NCBI GenBank assembly: GCA_964636865.1
Contig: CAZWVJ010000007.1
Location: forward strand, 4,353 to 68,352
DNA length: 64,000 bases
Origin: an uncultured Syntrophomonadaceae bacterium
GTDB taxonomy: Bacteria; Bacillota; Dethiobacteria; DTU022; PWGO01
Direction: 5' to 3'
Part shown: positions 18,508 through 30,385 of the stretch, piece by piece
Layout: every line of letters starts with the position of its first letter
How positions within the stretch are numbered: position 1 is the first letter of the stretch
Notes under the pieces: model-generated
The model's input: the letters and a program-made list of their open reading frames with translations, nothing else
Databases searched by the model: none
Told to the model about the DNA's origin: nothing
Made by a program: the position numbers and the translations under genes

Positions 18508-19689
18508 ATGAAGCAATTTAAAGGGCATGAAAACTATACTTTAAAAAGAGCTTTGCCTTTATTAGCAATGGGTATTCTGCTTTTATTTTTGCTTTCGCCT
18601 GCTTATGCCAACAATATTGATGATTTGCAAGAGGAAGAGGATGAGATTAGAGAGCAGATAGAGCAAGAGGAAGAAGAACTGGAAGAGATGAAAAGTGAAG
18701 AAGAACAACTAAAACAAGAATTAGAAGAATTGGAAGAAGAGCTAAGTGAAATTCAAAATAAACTAAGGGAACTAAACAGGGATATTTATCTTACGGAAGC
18801 TGAGATAAGATCTACAGAAAGAGAGTTAAGCAGCGCTGAAGATCGCTTGGAACACCGAGAAGATTTACTGCAAAAACGGTTGAGGGTTATATACGAACGG
18901 GGAAATGTTGGTTACCTGGAAGTGTTGTTTGAAGCCAAAAGCTTTGCAGATTTTTTAACCAGGGTTCATTATTTAAACAATATTGCGGAAGAAGATATGC
19001 TTTTGGTAGAAGAAGTAGAAGCGGAAAGGGATTTAATCGCCGAGCAAAAAGAAGAACTTGAAGAAAAAAAAGAAGAGCTTGATGAAATGCGCCGGGAAAT
19101 GGCCAGCAAGAGGAATGAGAAGAGAGAAACTATTGCTCAACGTTCTAAAGTGCGTGAAGATCTTCAAGAAGCAATGGAAGAAACCCGTCAGGCTATGGAA
19201 AAGTTAGAACAAGAAGCGGAAGCTCTTGCCAGGGAAATTGACAGCATAAGAAGAGAACAGCGACAATCGGGAGATCAAGGAGAACGTCCGGAGGGGCAAT
19301 TACTATGGCCGGTAGAGGATCCTTCCTATATAACCTCCCCATTTGGTACTCGTAGGTGTCCCTTTGGAAGTGGCCGCCAAACTTTTCACGGAGGACTGGA
19401 TATAGGGACGTATGGTCGGAGGAATAGAATTTTTGCCGCTGAAGATGGGACAGTGCTTATGGTGAGGTCTCAGGCTAGCTATGGAAATTTCATCGTGATA
19501 GACCACGGCGGTGGACTGATGACATTATATGCCCACTTAAGTTCCAAGGGTGTCAGCGAAGGTGAATCGGTATCCCGGGGAGAAACTATCGGTAGAGCAG
19601 GAACTACCGGGGCAAGTACCGGCATTCACCTCCACTTTGAAGTTTGGAACAATGATGAGAGGGAAGATCCTATTAATTACCTTGAATAG
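18508..19689 (+). CDS. Coiled-coil M23 peptidoglycan endopeptidase (EnvC-like partner of FtsEX)
   Basis: Signal peptide, long coiled coil and M23 motifs HGGLD, YAHL and HLHFEV. Confidence 0.9.
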   Translation: MKQFKGHENYTLKRALPLLAMGILLLFLLSPAYANNIDDLQEEEDEIREQIEQEEEELEEMKSEEEQLKQELEELEEELSEIQNKLRELNRDIYLTEAEIRSTERELSSAEDRLEHREDLLQKRLRVIYERGNVGYLEVLFEAKSFADFLTRVHYLNNIAEEDMLLVEEVEAERDLIAEQKEELEEKKEELDEMRREMASKRNEKRETIAQRSKVREDLQEAMEETRQAMEKLEQEAEALAREIDSIRREQRQSGDQGERPEGQLLWPVEDPSYITSPFGTRRCPFGSGRQTFHGGLDIGTYGRRNRIFAAEDGTVLMVRSQASYGNFIVIDHGGGLMTLYAHLSSKGVSEGESVSRGETIGRAGTTGASTGIHLHFEVWNNDEREDPINYLE

Positions 19690-19722
19690 CATATTTCCTC
19701 ATGTTTTTAAATTAACTATGGC

Positions 19723-19767
19723 AACCGGACCGAAAGAGTATTATAATACTCTTTAAAGTCCGGTTTT
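19723..19767 (+). terminator. Long hairpin/terminator after the M23 gene
   Basis: AACCGGAC..AAAGAGTATTATAATACTCTTT..GTCCGGTTTT. Confidence 0.65.
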
Positions 19768-19818
19768 CAATTTAAGCAGTTTAAATATGCGGTATAATTA
19801 ATAGGTGGTGGAGAAACT

Positions 19819-21243
19819 ATGGAAAATAAAAAATTATATACAATTGTAATAGGAATTGTTTTATTATTAATAATAAGCAATGCGATTACTTTTATTGTAG
19901 CGGGAAGGGAAGATTCTACTCGAGAGTTCCCTGATCCTCCGGTTGCTGATGAAGAGGATAATAATGAGGAGTATAAGCTTCTCTTCGAAATAATGGATAT
20001 ATTGAGTGAAGAGTATATTGAGGAGATAGATCGCGCTAAAATGATTGAAGGGGCAATAGATGGCTTGTTAGAAACTCTTGATGATCCCCAAACTAATTAT
20101 TTAGATTCTCAGGAAGTAGAAGAGTTTGATGTTTTCTTGCGCGGCTCTTTTGGCGGAGTGGGCATGCAGTTAATTGAGTCTGAAGGAGGGGCTACTGTAG
20201 TAGAAGTATTGCCGGATACTCCTGCGGAGGAATCCGATATTCAACCTGGAGATCAAATAAAATATGTAGGCGATGAAGATGTGAGCGAATTTGATCTTGA
20301 TAAGATCGTAGAATTAATACGAGGAGAAATAGGTACGCAGGTGATTTTGAAAGTACAAAGGCCGGGAGCGGAGGATTTAATTGAGCTGTCTATGTTTCGC
20401 GATGAAATTACCTCTCAAACTGTAGAGAGTAAATGGCTGGAACCGGACTTAGGATATATTGAAATAAGCCAGTTTGACGGAAATACGGGAAGTAAATTTA
20501 TGGATAAGCTGGAAGTTTTAGAAAAGGAAGGCATGGAGGGCCTAGTTTTGGATTTACGAGGCAACCCGGGGGGGATTTTGGGGGAGGCTTTAGAAGTGGC
20601 GGAGGCAATAGTCCCTGAAGGGGAAATAGTGAGTATTGTTGATCGAGAAGGAGAAGTTGAAGAAGTTTATCATTCTTCTGCCCAATCTAGGCCTTATGAG
20701 ATCATAGTATTGATTGATGGCGCTTCGGCCAGTGGGTCGGAAATACTGGCCGGGGCTCTTCAGGAACGCGCAGATGCTCAACTGGTGGGAAATCCTACTT
20801 ACGGTAAAGCAACTGTCCAGGAACATGTAACTTTTGATGATGGAAGTGGAATGAGGTATACTGTTTCACGCTATGTGACTCCCGAAGGTAGGGATTTACA
20901 TGAAGAAGGAATAACTCCCGACTTCGAAATAGATCTGCCTCCTTATTTGCAATATTATAATTATTTTGTCCCCGGTGAACTGCAAAAGGGTGATTATGGC
21001 GAAACAGTTGAATTACTGCAGGATATGCTAGTATCTTTAGGTTATGAAATTGAAGTCCGCGGGTATTTTGAGCAAGAAACTCAAGCGGCACTGCAAGATT
21101 TTCAGAAAGAAAAAGGTCTTTCTCCCCATGGAAAATTTGATGATGTTACCTGGCTTAATTTGCGGCAAGAATTGGACGAGATTAGTGATGAGAAAGATTC
21201 TCAACTGCAAAAAGCCATTGAACTGCTAAAGACAGGAGAATAA
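19819..21243 (+). CDS. S41 carboxyl-terminal processing protease (CtpB-like) with PDZ and peptidoglycan-binding domains
   Basis: LDLRGNPGG, SASGSEI and TYGKATVQ; C-terminal PG-binding pattern. Confidence 0.92.
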   Translation: MENKKLYTIVIGIVLLLIISNAITFIVAGREDSTREFPDPPVADEEDNNEEYKLLFEIMDILSEEYIEEIDRAKMIEGAIDGLLETLDDPQTNYLDSQEVEEFDVFLRGSFGGVGMQLIESEGGATVVEVLPDTPAEESDIQPGDQIKYVGDEDVSEFDLDKIVELIRGEIGTQVILKVQRPGAEDLIELSMFRDEITSQTVESKWLEPDLGYIEISQFDGNTGSKFMDKLEVLEKEGMEGLVLDLRGNPGGILGEALEVAEAIVPEGEIVSIVDREGEVEEVYHSSAQSRPYEIIVLIDGASASGSEILAGALQERADAQLVGNPTYGKATVQEHVTFDDGSGMRYTVSRYVTPEGRDLHEEGITPDFEIDLPPYLQYYNYFVPGELQKGDYGETVELLQDMLVSLGYEIEVRGYFEQETQAALQDFQKEKGLSPHGKFDDVTWLNLRQELDEISDEKDSQLQKAIELLKTGE

Positions 21244-21247
21244 ATAG

Positions 21248-22600
21248 ATGCATCCCTTCCTGGAAGTATTATCCATGCTTTTGCAGACCTTCTTTATGTT
21301 TCTGGTACATCCTATATTTTGGATGGTTATGGCCCTTGTGTTTTTTCAATATCATCGTATTGCCCAAATGGAAGAAAAACTTTTTGGATACCCAATAAAC
21401 AGTGTATTTAAGCAAACTTTAAGGGCTCTTTTACTGGGCATATTAGGAGGATTAATTGCAAGCTGCATCTTTGTATTATTGGGATTGTCTCTTGATCGCA
21501 TCGGTATTGCTTTTATCTGGCCGGTAGCAATCCTGCTGCTTTTAATTAATCCCCGCTATCTCTGTTTTGCTTATGCGGGGGGAATAGTTTCTGTAGGGGT
21601 TTTTCTGGCCCATTTTCTTATAAATTTTTTCCCTGCCCTGGAAGAGAATTATATTATTTCTTCGCTGGCAGATGTATATTTACCGGGATTATTGGTAGTG
21701 GTGGCCGTTTTACATTTAATGGAGTCTATTTTGATATATATTGGTGGACATTGGGGCAGCAGTCCGGTCTATTTTAAAGGTTCATCCGGAGAAATATTGG
21801 GAGGTTTTTCTTTACAGTGTTTTTGGCCTATGCCACTGGTGGGAATGATAGCCCTTGCGCGTTCGGAAATTGAGGAGTTATCCAACGGAGCCATGGATAT
21901 GACTATAAGCATGCCTGAATGGTGGCCAATCTTGCAGTCGGGTCTAGAGCCTATTGGTTTGGAAGAAATAAGTTTTTTAATGCTGCCGGTGATGGCGGCT
22001 TTGGGATATGCAGATTTGGCTATTTCATCCTCTCCCCCGGAGAAGACAAGAATTTCAGCACGTTATCTATGTTTATACAGCCTACTTTTATTGATATTAG
22101 CCCTGGTGGCAGAATTCCACCCGATTATGCTTGCCCCGGCATGCCTTTTTGCGCCTCTGGGCCATGAACTGGTAGTTTATTTAGGTAATAAATTTGAATT
22201 TAATCAGGAACCCCGCTACAGAGCTCCGGATAGGGGGGTAAAGATACTCGCTGTTTACCCGGATTCACCGGGGGAAAAAGCAGGCCTGCAAGTAGAAGAC
22301 ATAATTTTGAGAGTTAATAATGTTTTGGTAGAAAACAGTTACCATTTTTGGCAGCTTATTGGAAATAGTTATTTTTTGGTTCACCTCACAGTAAAAAGAG
22401 AGGAAGAGGTTATTACTTTGGCTTTACAGCAGGAAAAGGAGAAGTATTCTTCTCGGTTGATTGAGGCAAGAAAGGCTCCTCCGCGCCGTTATCCGCCTTT
22501 GGGTTTAATCCTGGTTCCCGATTTGCAAGCCCCTGTGTATTTAGAACTAAAAAAGCAGGCTCCTGCTCAAAAACTACGCAATTTATGGAGGCGCAAATAA
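21248..22600 (+). CDS. MinJ-like membrane protein with PDZ domain
   Basis: Multi-TM N-terminus (PRYLCFAYAGG, LGHE) and PDZ motif SPGEKAGL; usual position between ctpB and uvrB. Confidence 0.8.
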   Translation: MHPFLEVLSMLLQTFFMFLVHPIFWMVMALVFFQYHRIAQMEEKLFGYPINSVFKQTLRALLLGILGGLIASCIFVLLGLSLDRIGIAFIWPVAILLLLINPRYLCFAYAGGIVSVGVFLAHFLINFFPALEENYIISSLADVYLPGLLVVVAVLHLMESILIYIGGHWGSSPVYFKGSSGEILGGFSLQCFWPMPLVGMIALARSEIEELSNGAMDMTISMPEWWPILQSGLEPIGLEEISFLMLPVMAALGYADLAISSSPPEKTRISARYLCLYSLLLLILALVAEFHPIMLAPACLFAPLGHELVVYLGNKFEFNQEPRYRAPDRGVKILAVYPDSPGEKAGLQVEDIILRVNNVLVENSYHFWQLIGNSYFLVHLTVKREEEVITLALQQEKEKYSSRLIEARKAPPRRYPPLGLILVPDLQAPVYLELKKQAPAQKLRNLWRRK

Positions 22601-22729
22601 AAACCTTTTTTTCGGTTATTTTCATATTTCTTTCCCGGTATTAAAGTTGAGTTGTATAAATAGAATCATTTACATAATTATGATATAATATAATGTTAGT
22701 TTGGGTTAGTAAGAAGGGTGGAGCTAATT

Positions 22730-24724
22730 ATGAGTAACTTCTGCATGAAATCTGGGTTTCACCCCAGTGGAGACCAACCGGTTGCTATTAAAAAGTTAGT
22801 AGAAGGTTTGCGCAGGGGCGATGGTTATCAAACCCTGCTGGGAGTAACCGGCTCGGGAAAAACTTTTACCATGGCAAACGTTATACAGGAATTGCAGCGT
22901 CCGGCATTGGTAATGGCACCGAACAAAACTTTGGCGGCTCAGCTTTGCAGCGAATTTAAGGAATTATTTCCGGAAAATGCGGTGGAATATTTTATTAGTT
23001 ATTATGATTATTACCAGCCTGAGGCCTATATACCTCAAACTGACACCTATATTGAAAAAGATTCTTCTATCAACGAAGAGATAGATAAACTTCGGCATTC
23101 GGCTACCAGCGCTGTGCTGGAAAGAAGAGATGTAATAATAGTAGCCAGTGTTTCCTGTATTTATGGGCTTGGTTCGCCTGCAGAATACAATGCACACGTA
23201 TTGTCTCTGCGTGTTGGTATGCAAAAGAGCCGGGAGGAAATATTAAGAAGGTTGGTGGAAAATCAATACAGTCGTAACGATATAGATTTTCAAAGAGGAA
23301 CTTTCCGAGTGCGGGGAGATGTAATTGAAATCATTCCTGCTTCTTATAATGAAGCAGGAATGCGGGTAGAACTTTTTGGGGATGAAATTGAACGATTGCG
23401 GGAAATAGATCTGGTTACCGGGCATATTATTCATGAAAGAGATCATGTAGCAATATTTCCGGCAAGTCATTTTGTTACTTCCCGAGAAAGACTGCAGGAC
23501 GCCATAAAAAACATCGAGAAGGAACTGCAGGAAAGGTTGGCAGAATTTAAAAGAGAAGGATTACTTGTAGAGGCACAGCGCTTGGAACAGCGTACTCTCT
23601 TAGATTTGGAAATGATGATGGAAGTAGGGTATTGTTCCGGCATTGAAAATTATTCGCGGCATTTGGATGGAAGGTCGCCCGGAAGCAGGCCTAATACTCT
23701 ATTGGATTATTTTCCCCGTGATTTTCTTTTGTTTCTTGATGAATCGCACATTTCTATCCCCCAAGTTCAGGGTATGTTCGCAGGGGATTTATCTCGCAAG
23801 AAAACATTGGTGGATCACGGTTTTCGTTTACCTTCGGCTCTGGATAACCGGCCTCTTCAGTTTGATGAATTTGAAAAATTAATTAATCAGGCTGTATTCG
23901 TTTCGGCTACTCCTGCTAATTATGAATTAAACCACAGCACTCAAGTAGTGGAGCAAATTATTCGACCTACCGGACTTTTGGATCCTGCAGTTGAAGTGCG
24001 CCCGGTAGAGGGCCAGGTAGACGATCTTTATAGAGAAATTGTTAACCGGGCCGAGAACGATGAAAGAGTACTGGTAACTACCTTAACCAAGAGGATGGCT
24101 GAGGATTTAACAGATTATTATACGGAATTGGGTTTGCGGGTGCGGTATATGCATTCGGAAATAAGTGCTCTGGAAAGGATGGATATTATTCGGGGCCTTA
24201 GGTTGGGTGAATTCGATGTACTGATTGGAATAAACCTTTTACGAGAAGGATTGGATCTGCCGGAGGTATCCCTGGTGGCCATTCTGGATGCGGATAAAGA
24301 AGGTTTTTTGCGTTCGGAACGTTCCCTAATCCAAACATTTGGCCGGGCAGCGCGGAATACAGCGGGACAGGCAATTTTGTATGCCCGGCAGGTCACAAAT
24401 TCCATGCAGAGAGCTATGGATGAGGCGAAACGCCGCCGGAGTTTGCAAATGGAGTATAACCGTGAACATAATATTGAACCGCGTACCATCCAGAAGGGGG
24501 TGCATGGGGCTATTGAAGCAACCCGGGTGGTAGAAAAACCGGTAGAAGAAGAAGTATACCGAGCTGTTCCTTCAGAAAGCGAACTAAAAACTACGGATAA
24601 AAATAAATTGATTGAGGAATTAAAAGAAAAAATGAATGCGGCTGCCCGGGAATTGGAATTTGAAAAAGCCGCAGAGCTTAGGGATATAATATTTGAATTG
24701 GAAAAGGGTGCAGAAAAAACATGA
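22730..24724 (+). CDS. uvrB: Excinuclease ABC subunit B
   Basis: [18 protein letters not shown] and [10 protein letters not shown]; ATG at 22730 behind GGAG. Confidence 0.97.
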   Translation: MSNFCMKSGFHPSGDQPVAIKKLVEGLRRGDGYQTLLGVTGSGKTFTMANVIQELQRPALVMAPNKTLAAQLCSEFKELFPENAVEYFISYYDYYQPEAYIPQTDTYIEKDSSINEEIDKLRHSATSAVLERRDVIIVASVSCIYGLGSPAEYNAHVLSLRVGMQKSREEILRRLVENQYSRNDIDFQRGTFRVRGDVIEIIPASYNEAGMRVELFGDEIERLREIDLVTGHIIHERDHVAIFPASHFVTSRERLQDAIKNIEKELQERLAEFKREGLLVEAQRLEQRTLLDLEMMMEVGYCSGIENYSRHLDGRSPGSRPNTLLDYFPRDFLLFLDESHISIPQVQGMFAGDLSRKKTLVDHGFRLPSALDNRPLQFDEFEKLINQAVFVSATPANYELNHSTQVVEQIIRPTGLLDPAVEVRPVEGQVDDLYREIVNRAENDERVLVTTLTKRMAEDLTDYYTELGLRVRYMHSEISALERMDIIRGLRLGEFDVLIGINLLREGLDLPEVSLVAILDADKEGFLRSERSLIQTFGRAARNTAGQAILYARQVTNSMQRAMDEAKRRRSLQMEYNREHNIEPRTIQKGVHGAIEATRVVEKPVEEEVYRAVPSESELKTTDKNKLIEELKEKMNAAARELEFEKAAELRDIIFELEKGAEKT

Positions 24725-27555
24725 ATCTTAAGGAAATTACTATCCGCGGAGCTCGTGAACATAACTTAAAAGATGTAAGTATTCAATTACCTCGCAACAA
24801 CCTTATAGTTTTTACAGGTGTCAGTGGCTCAGGGAAAACATCTTTGGCTTTTGATACTATTTATGCGGAAGGGCAGAGACGTTATGTAGAGTCTCTTTCT
24901 GCTTATGCCCGTCAATTTTTGGGTCAAGTAAGTAAGCCTGATGTGGATGCGTTGGAAGGACTTTCTCCTTCCATTTCTATCGATCAGAGAGCTGCTACCC
25001 GTAATCCGCGTTCTACGGTAGGTACGGTGACTGAGATTTACGATTATATGCGACTTCTTTATGCTCGTATAGGTAAGCCTCATTGTCCTTACTGCCGAAA
25101 GCCTATTTCCCAGCAAACTGTCCAGCAAATAGTGGACCAGTTGTTAAATTTTGAAGAGGGAACCAGAATGCAAATTCTTTCTCCTTTGGTTCGCAGTAAA
25201 AAAGGTGAGCATGCTCGCCTTATAGAGGAAACTCGTCGCAAAGGCTTTGTGCGTGTGCGGGTGGACGGAGAAATAAGAGAATTGGAAGAAGACATAGTAC
25301 TGGATAAAAATAAGTGGCATACTATCGAGGTAGTAGTAGATCGTTTAGTTATTCGCACCGGGGTAGAATCACGGCTTGCTGATTCTCTGGAGACGGCTTT
25401 AAAATTATCCGGAGGGCTGGTTATTGCGCAGGTGGTAGATGGAGAAGAAACTATTTATAGTGAAAATTTTGCCTGTCCCGATTGTGGTTTTAGTTTTGCC
25501 GAAATGAATCCAAGGATATTTTCTTTTAACAGTCCTTACGGAGCATGCCCGGATTGCAGTGGGCTGGGTATATGCATGGATTTAGATCCTGAAAAAGTCA
25601 TTCCAAATGATGAATTATCCATCATGGAAGGAGCTATCCATTCCTGGAGTTGGACTTCCCGCTATTTTTCAAATTTTCTCAAAGCTACTGCCAAGCAATA
25701 TGGAATTGACCTTAATACACCTTTCAAGTCACTTTCGCAAGAGGAAAAAGAAATTCTTTTTTACGGTTCTCCCGAACCTGTTAGTTTTCGTTATGTAAAT
25801 GCTTATGGACGCCCGAGGAGTTATAAGAGGGTTTTCCCGGGGGTATTAAAAATTCTGGAAAAACGCTATCGGGAAGCAACAGGTGAAAATATTCCGGAAG
25901 AGTTAACTCATTATATGAGTAAAAAACCTTGTCCTCTTTGTCAAGGTCAGCGATTGAAGGAATCCAGTCTGGCAGTGACTTTAGATGGGAAAAACATTGC
26001 CCAAATAGCGGTTAAATCGGTACAGGAAGCAGAAGCTTTTTTCCAGTCTCTCCAACTTTCTGCGCGAGAGGAACAGATTGCCCGCCAGGTTTTGAAAGAG
26101 ATTACTTCACGTTTAAAGTTTCTCCAAAACGTGGGTTTGGATTATCTTAGCCTTGATCGGCCTGCAGCGACTCTTTCCGGAGGGGAAGCCCAGCGTATTC
26201 GCCTTGCTACTCAGATTGGCTCCGGCTTAACGGGAGTGCTATATATTTTGGACGAACCCAGTATTGGCCTGCATCAGCGAGATAATCATCGTTTGCTCCA
26301 AACGCTCCTTGATTTGCGGAACCTGGATAACACGGTAATTGTAGTTGAGCATGATGAATCTACTATCCGCACGGCAGACCATATTGTAGATATGGGGCCG
26401 GGAGCCGGAGCCGCGGGAGGAGAAGTGGTGGCCACCGGTTCAGTGCAAGATATTATTCAGGAGGAAAAATCTATTACCGGGGAATATTTATCCGGACGTT
26501 CATCTATTGGAGTGCCTCGCAATCGCCGAGCGCAGGATGGGCGCTGGCTGGTGGTACGCGGAGCTCGAGAACATAATCTCAAGAATATAGACGTTTCCTT
26601 TCCATTGGGAGTATTTACCTGTGTAACCGGGGTGTCAGGATCCGGGAAGAGTACTCTTGTTAATGAAATTTTAGCCCGTGAGTTAGCCCGTCGTTTGCAT
26701 AAAGCAAAGGAAAAGGGAGGGGAGCATGATAAAATTGAGGGACGCGAGCACCTTGATAAAGTAGTGGAAATTAATCAATCTCCCATTGGTACAAATCCGC
26801 GTTCAAACCCCGCTACATATACCGGCTTATTCGATGGTATCCGTGAACTTTTTGCTCAAACCCAAGAATCACGAATGAGAGGATACAAACCGGGGCGATT
26901 TAGCTTTAACGTAAAAGGCGGCCGTTGCGAATACTGTCGAGGTGACGGCATTCTTAAAATAGAAATGCATTTTTTACCGGATGTTTATGTCCCCTGTGAG
27001 GTTTGTGAGGGGAAAAGATATAATCGGGAGACCTTGGAAGTGCTTTTTAAAGGTCATAACATAGCTGATGTGCTTGATATGACCGTAGAAGAAGCGTTGG
27101 ATCTTTTTCAGGTGTTTCCGAAAGTGCAGCGGCGCTTGAAATGTCTCTTTGATGTAGGTTTAGGTTATATAAGACTAGGGCAGCCTGCGCCGACCCTTTC
27201 CGGTGGTGAGGCTCAAAGGGTTAAGTTGGCTGCGGAACTTTCCCGCCGCAGTAAAGGACGCTCTATTTATATACTGGATGAACCGACTACAGGGCTTCAC
27301 ATTGACGATATTCGCAAGCTCTTACTTGTATTGGATAAGCTTGTGGAAAACGGCAATACAGTGGTGGTGATTGAGCATAACCTGGAAGTAATAAAGAAAG
27401 CTGATTACCTCATTGATCTTGGTCCCGAAGGGGGAAAAGAAGGGGGAAAGGTGGTGGCGACCGGCACTCCGGAAGACATTGCAGCAAGGGAAGATTCATA
27501 TACGGGACAATACCTCTTACCCATGTTGCAAACCGGCCAGGCGGCTGCATTTTAA
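24721..27555 (+). CDS. uvrA: Excinuclease ABC subunit A
   Basis: Two ABC ATPase domains, zinc fingers and LSGGEAQR twice. Confidence 0.97.
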   Translation: MNLKEITIRGAREHNLKDVSIQLPRNNLIVFTGVSGSGKTSLAFDTIYAEGQRRYVESLSAYARQFLGQVSKPDVDALEGLSPSISIDQRAATRNPRSTVGTVTEIYDYMRLLYARIGKPHCPYCRKPISQQTVQQIVDQLLNFEEGTRMQILSPLVRSKKGEHARLIEETRRKGFVRVRVDGEIRELEEDIVLDKNKWHTIEVVVDRLVIRTGVESRLADSLETALKLSGGLVIAQVVDGEETIYSENFACPDCGFSFAEMNPRIFSFNSPYGACPDCSGLGICMDLDPEKVIPNDELSIMEGAIHSWSWTSRYFSNFLKATAKQYGIDLNTPFKSLSQEEKEILFYGSPEPVSFRYVNAYGRPRSYKRVFPGVLKILEKRYREATGENIPEELTHYMSKKPCPLCQGQRLKESSLAVTLDGKNIAQIAVKSVQEAEAFFQSLQLSAREEQIARQVLKEITSRLKFLQNVGLDYLSLDRPAATLSGGEAQRIRLATQIGSGLTGVLYILDEPSIGLHQRDNHRLLQTLLDLRNLDNTVIVVEHDESTIRTADHIVDMGPGAGAAGGEVVATGSVQDIIQEEKSITGEYLSGRSSIGVPRNRRAQDGRWLVVRGAREHNLKNIDVSFPLGVFTCVTGVSGSGKSTLVNEILARELARRLHKAKEKGGEHDKIEGREHLDKVVEINQSPIGTNPRSNPATYTGLFDGIRELFAQTQESRMRGYKPGRFSFNVKGGRCEYCRGDGILKIEMHFLPDVYVPCEVCEGKRYNRETLEVLFKGHNIADVLDMTVEEALDLFQVFPKVQRRLKCLFDVGLGYIRLGQPAPTLSGGEAQRVKLAAELSRRSKGRSIYILDEPTTGLHIDDIRKLLLVLDKLVENGNTVVVIEHNLEVIKKADYLIDLGPEGGKEGGKVVATGTPEDIAAREDSYTGQYLLPMLQTGQAAAF

Positions 27556-27580
27556 CGGTTAAATTAATAGGTGATAGTTA

Positions 27581-29470
27581 ATGGCCAACAAAATACAGGC
27601 TGTGAGAAAAAATTTAATGCCTAAAGTAAAAGAAATCCCTGCTCAGTCTGGAGTATACCTAATGAAAAATAAGGAGGGTCGGGTGATATATGTTGGCAAG
27701 GCTCGAAACCTCCGCCAGCGCGTAGGTTCTTATTTTTCCCGTAACCCTGATATTCGACAACAAATGCTTCTATCGCAAATAGCAGATGTGGATTTCATGA
27801 TCACCGGCTCAGAAGTGGAAGCTTTAATTACTGAAAATCGCCTCATTAAAGATTATCAGCCCAAGTACAATGTGAGGCTTAAGGATGATAAGTCGTACCC
27901 GTACTTGAAAATAACGGCGGAATTATATCCACGCTTAGAGTTAGTCCGATTACCGGAAAAGAAGATGGAAAGAAATGGTGATTTTCTTTCAGAATCTCCT
28001 AGCTTTTTTGGACCTTACACTGAGGTTAGAGCAGTGCGCCAAACTTTGCGTTTTCTCAACAAAATATTTCCCCTACGCAATTGTCGGCAACCTCTGGAAG
28101 GTTATCCCCGCGGACGTCCATGTTTGAACTTCCAGATGAGACGTTGTTTGGGACCATGTCGGGGTAGTGAAGCAGTTTCTCCCGTGGAATATGGCAAGGA
28201 GGTAAAACGGGTAGAGCAGTTTTTACAAGGAGAGCAGAAAAGCTTGGTGCAAAGGCTACAAAAAGAGATGAATGAAGCTGCCGCCAGAATGGAATTTGAA
28301 AAAGCGGCTGTATTGCGCGATCGTTTGGAACACTTGCAGAAGATTGTAGAAGCCCAAAAAGTTTTAAACTTGCCGGAAGGCGAATATGACGTGCTTGGTT
28401 TGGTGAGCATAGAAATGGAGCCCTGTGACAATGATACCCGGGAAATAGCTCTGGTATATATGTACCGTATTCGAGAGGGTAGACTTATGGAGCGGGAGAA
28501 TTTTGTTTTGGAAGGGACGGCGGGTCTAACAAAGCCGGAAATAATGTCCGGATTTATGCAAGATTATTACAGTCGAGGGGTATTGATTCCCCCCGAAATA
28601 ATAATTTCTCATCTGCCGGCAGAAGAAGAACTGGTGAAAAAGTGGTTGGAACATCTTTATGGAAAAGAAGTAAAACTTTATTGCCCTCAAAGTGGTTCTT
28701 ATCGTAATGTTCTTGAGCGTTGTTTGCAGGAAGGTTACACGTTGGCCAGGGAAAAGCTCAAAAGGGGTGATAAAACTGAAAAAGCAAAGGAAGAAGATGC
28801 CCGTCAATCTTTAGAAGAACTGTCGCAGCTCTTCGGAATTAAAAAAATAACCCGGATTGAAGGATATGATATTTCTCATTTGCAAGGCGGGGAAGCTGTG
28901 GGTTCAATGGTAGTTTTCCAGGAAGCTTTCCCTTTTACTGATGGTTATAGACGATTTCGTATTCGCGAGTTTGTAAATGGTGATGATTATCGGGCTATGG
29001 AGGAGATTTTACGCCGTAGATTCAAGCATACCGAAATGCCATTTCCCGAATTAATTTTGGTGGATGGAGGAGAGGCTCAATTAAAGGTTCTTCAAAAAGT
29101 AACCTCCGAGGCAAATGTCCAGGTTGCTGTTCTGGCTTTAGCTAAAAGAGAAGAAAAGGTTTACGTGCCGGGGAAAGATCAACCCTTGCAATTGTCGGAA
29201 CACAGCTCTTCTTTACGATTACTCCGTCGGGTTAGGGATGAAGCACATCGTTTTGCAAATTCTTATCACCGTAAAATACGGGAAAAAACTGCTACGGCAT
29301 CGGTTTTGGATAATATTCCGGGGGTGGGGAAGAAACGTAAAATAGCAATATTGCAGCATTTTGGCAGTATGGATGCGGTGGTGCAAGCTTCGCCGGCGGA
29401 TATTGCCCGGGTGCCCGGGGTAGGAAGAAATTTAGCTCAGGTAATCCATGATTTTTTACACCGCAGTTAG
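27581..29470 (+). CDS. uvrC: Excinuclease ABC subunit C
   Basis: GIY-YIG (GVY..IYVGKA), RIEGYDIS, RDEAHRFA and C-terminal HhH. Confidence 0.95.
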   Translation: MANKIQAVRKNLMPKVKEIPAQSGVYLMKNKEGRVIYVGKARNLRQRVGSYFSRNPDIRQQMLLSQIADVDFMITGSEVEALITENRLIKDYQPKYNVRLKDDKSYPYLKITAELYPRLELVRLPEKKMERNGDFLSESPSFFGPYTEVRAVRQTLRFLNKIFPLRNCRQPLEGYPRGRPCLNFQMRRCLGPCRGSEAVSPVEYGKEVKRVEQFLQGEQKSLVQRLQKEMNEAAARMEFEKAAVLRDRLEHLQKIVEAQKVLNLPEGEYDVLGLVSIEMEPCDNDTREIALVYMYRIREGRLMERENFVLEGTAGLTKPEIMSGFMQDYYSRGVLIPPEIIISHLPAEEELVKKWLEHLYGKEVKLYCPQSGSYRNVLERCLQEGYTLAREKLKRGDKTEKAKEEDARQSLEELSQLFGIKKITRIEGYDISHLQGGEAVGSMVVFQEAFPFTDGYRRFRIREFVNGDDYRAMEEILRRRFKHTEMPFPELILVDGGEAQLKVLQKVTSEANVQVAVLALAKREEKVYVPGKDQPLQLSEHSSSLRLLRRVRDEAHRFANSYHRKIREKTATASVLDNIPGVGKKRKIAILQHFGSMDAVVQASPADIARVPGVGRNLAQVIHDFLHRS

Positions 29471-29528
29471 CACATTGTGTTATAATAAAAAATAGTATTA
29501 TTTAGTATGCATCATGGAGGTTTAGCAG

Positions 29529-30332
29529 ATGAGTTATAGGCTCTTAGCCATTGATCTTGATGGAACTCTATTAGATGACAATGTAGGTATTTCTACCCGA
29601 AATTACAGGGCAATTAAAATGGCTCAGGAAAAAGGGGTAAAGGTAACCATTGCTACCGGCCGTCCGTTTAAATCTTGTTTGCCTTATGCCCGAAAGTTAG
29701 CTGTTGATATACCTTTTATTACATATCATGGTGCTCTTGTGCGGTCTTTAGAACTGAAGGAACCTCTTTTATATAATCCGGTAGATTTTGATTTGGCTTG
29801 TGATGTTGTGGAAACAGCGGAAAAATTAGGTTATCATATTAATCTATATATAGACGATCGAGTACATATTAGGGAAGAAAATAGTTTTTCTCGAATGTAT
29901 CAAGATATCACGGCAGTAGAAGTATTGCCTGTGGGTAATTTATACACTTTCCTGGCAAATGAAAAGAAAGCTCCCCCCAAGCTGACCATCATTGATTTTG
30001 AAGGTCGCCTGGAAAAGATGGAGTCTTTTTTGTATGAAAATTACCGGGAAAAGCTTACTATCACCAAATCTCACCAAAATTTTTTGGAAATAACTCATCT
30101 GAAAGCTACCAAGGGACAGGCTTTAAAATCATTAGTGGATATTTTGAATGTTGAACAGGATGAAGTAATGGCTTTTGGTGATAGTTATAATGATATAGAT
30201 ATGCTGCAGTATGCAGGAATGGGCGTGGCTGTGGCTAATGCTCCACGGGAAGTTCAGGAAAAAGCCGATTTTATAACTCGTTCTCATCTTGAAGATGGAG
30301 TAGCCGAAGTAATTGAAGAATATATTATCTAA
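29529..30332 (+). CDS. Cof-type HAD-IIB phosphatase
   Basis: DLDGTLL, ATGR and FGDSYNDIDML. Confidence 0.92.
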   Translation: MSYRLLAIDLDGTLLDDNVGISTRNYRAIKMAQEKGVKVTIATGRPFKSCLPYARKLAVDIPFITYHGALVRSLELKEPLLYNPVDFDLACDVVETAEKLGYHINLYIDDRVHIREENSFSRMYQDITAVEVLPVGNLYTFLANEKKAPPKLTIIDFEGRLEKMESFLYENYREKLTITKSHQNFLEITHLKATKGQALKSLVDILNVEQDEVMAFGDSYNDIDMLQYAGMGVAVANAPREVQEKADFITRSHLEDGVAEVIEEYII

Positions 30333-30385
30333 CTTTGTTTAGCTCCTCAAAAGTAATATTAAGTTATGTTTGTCGGAGGAAATTT

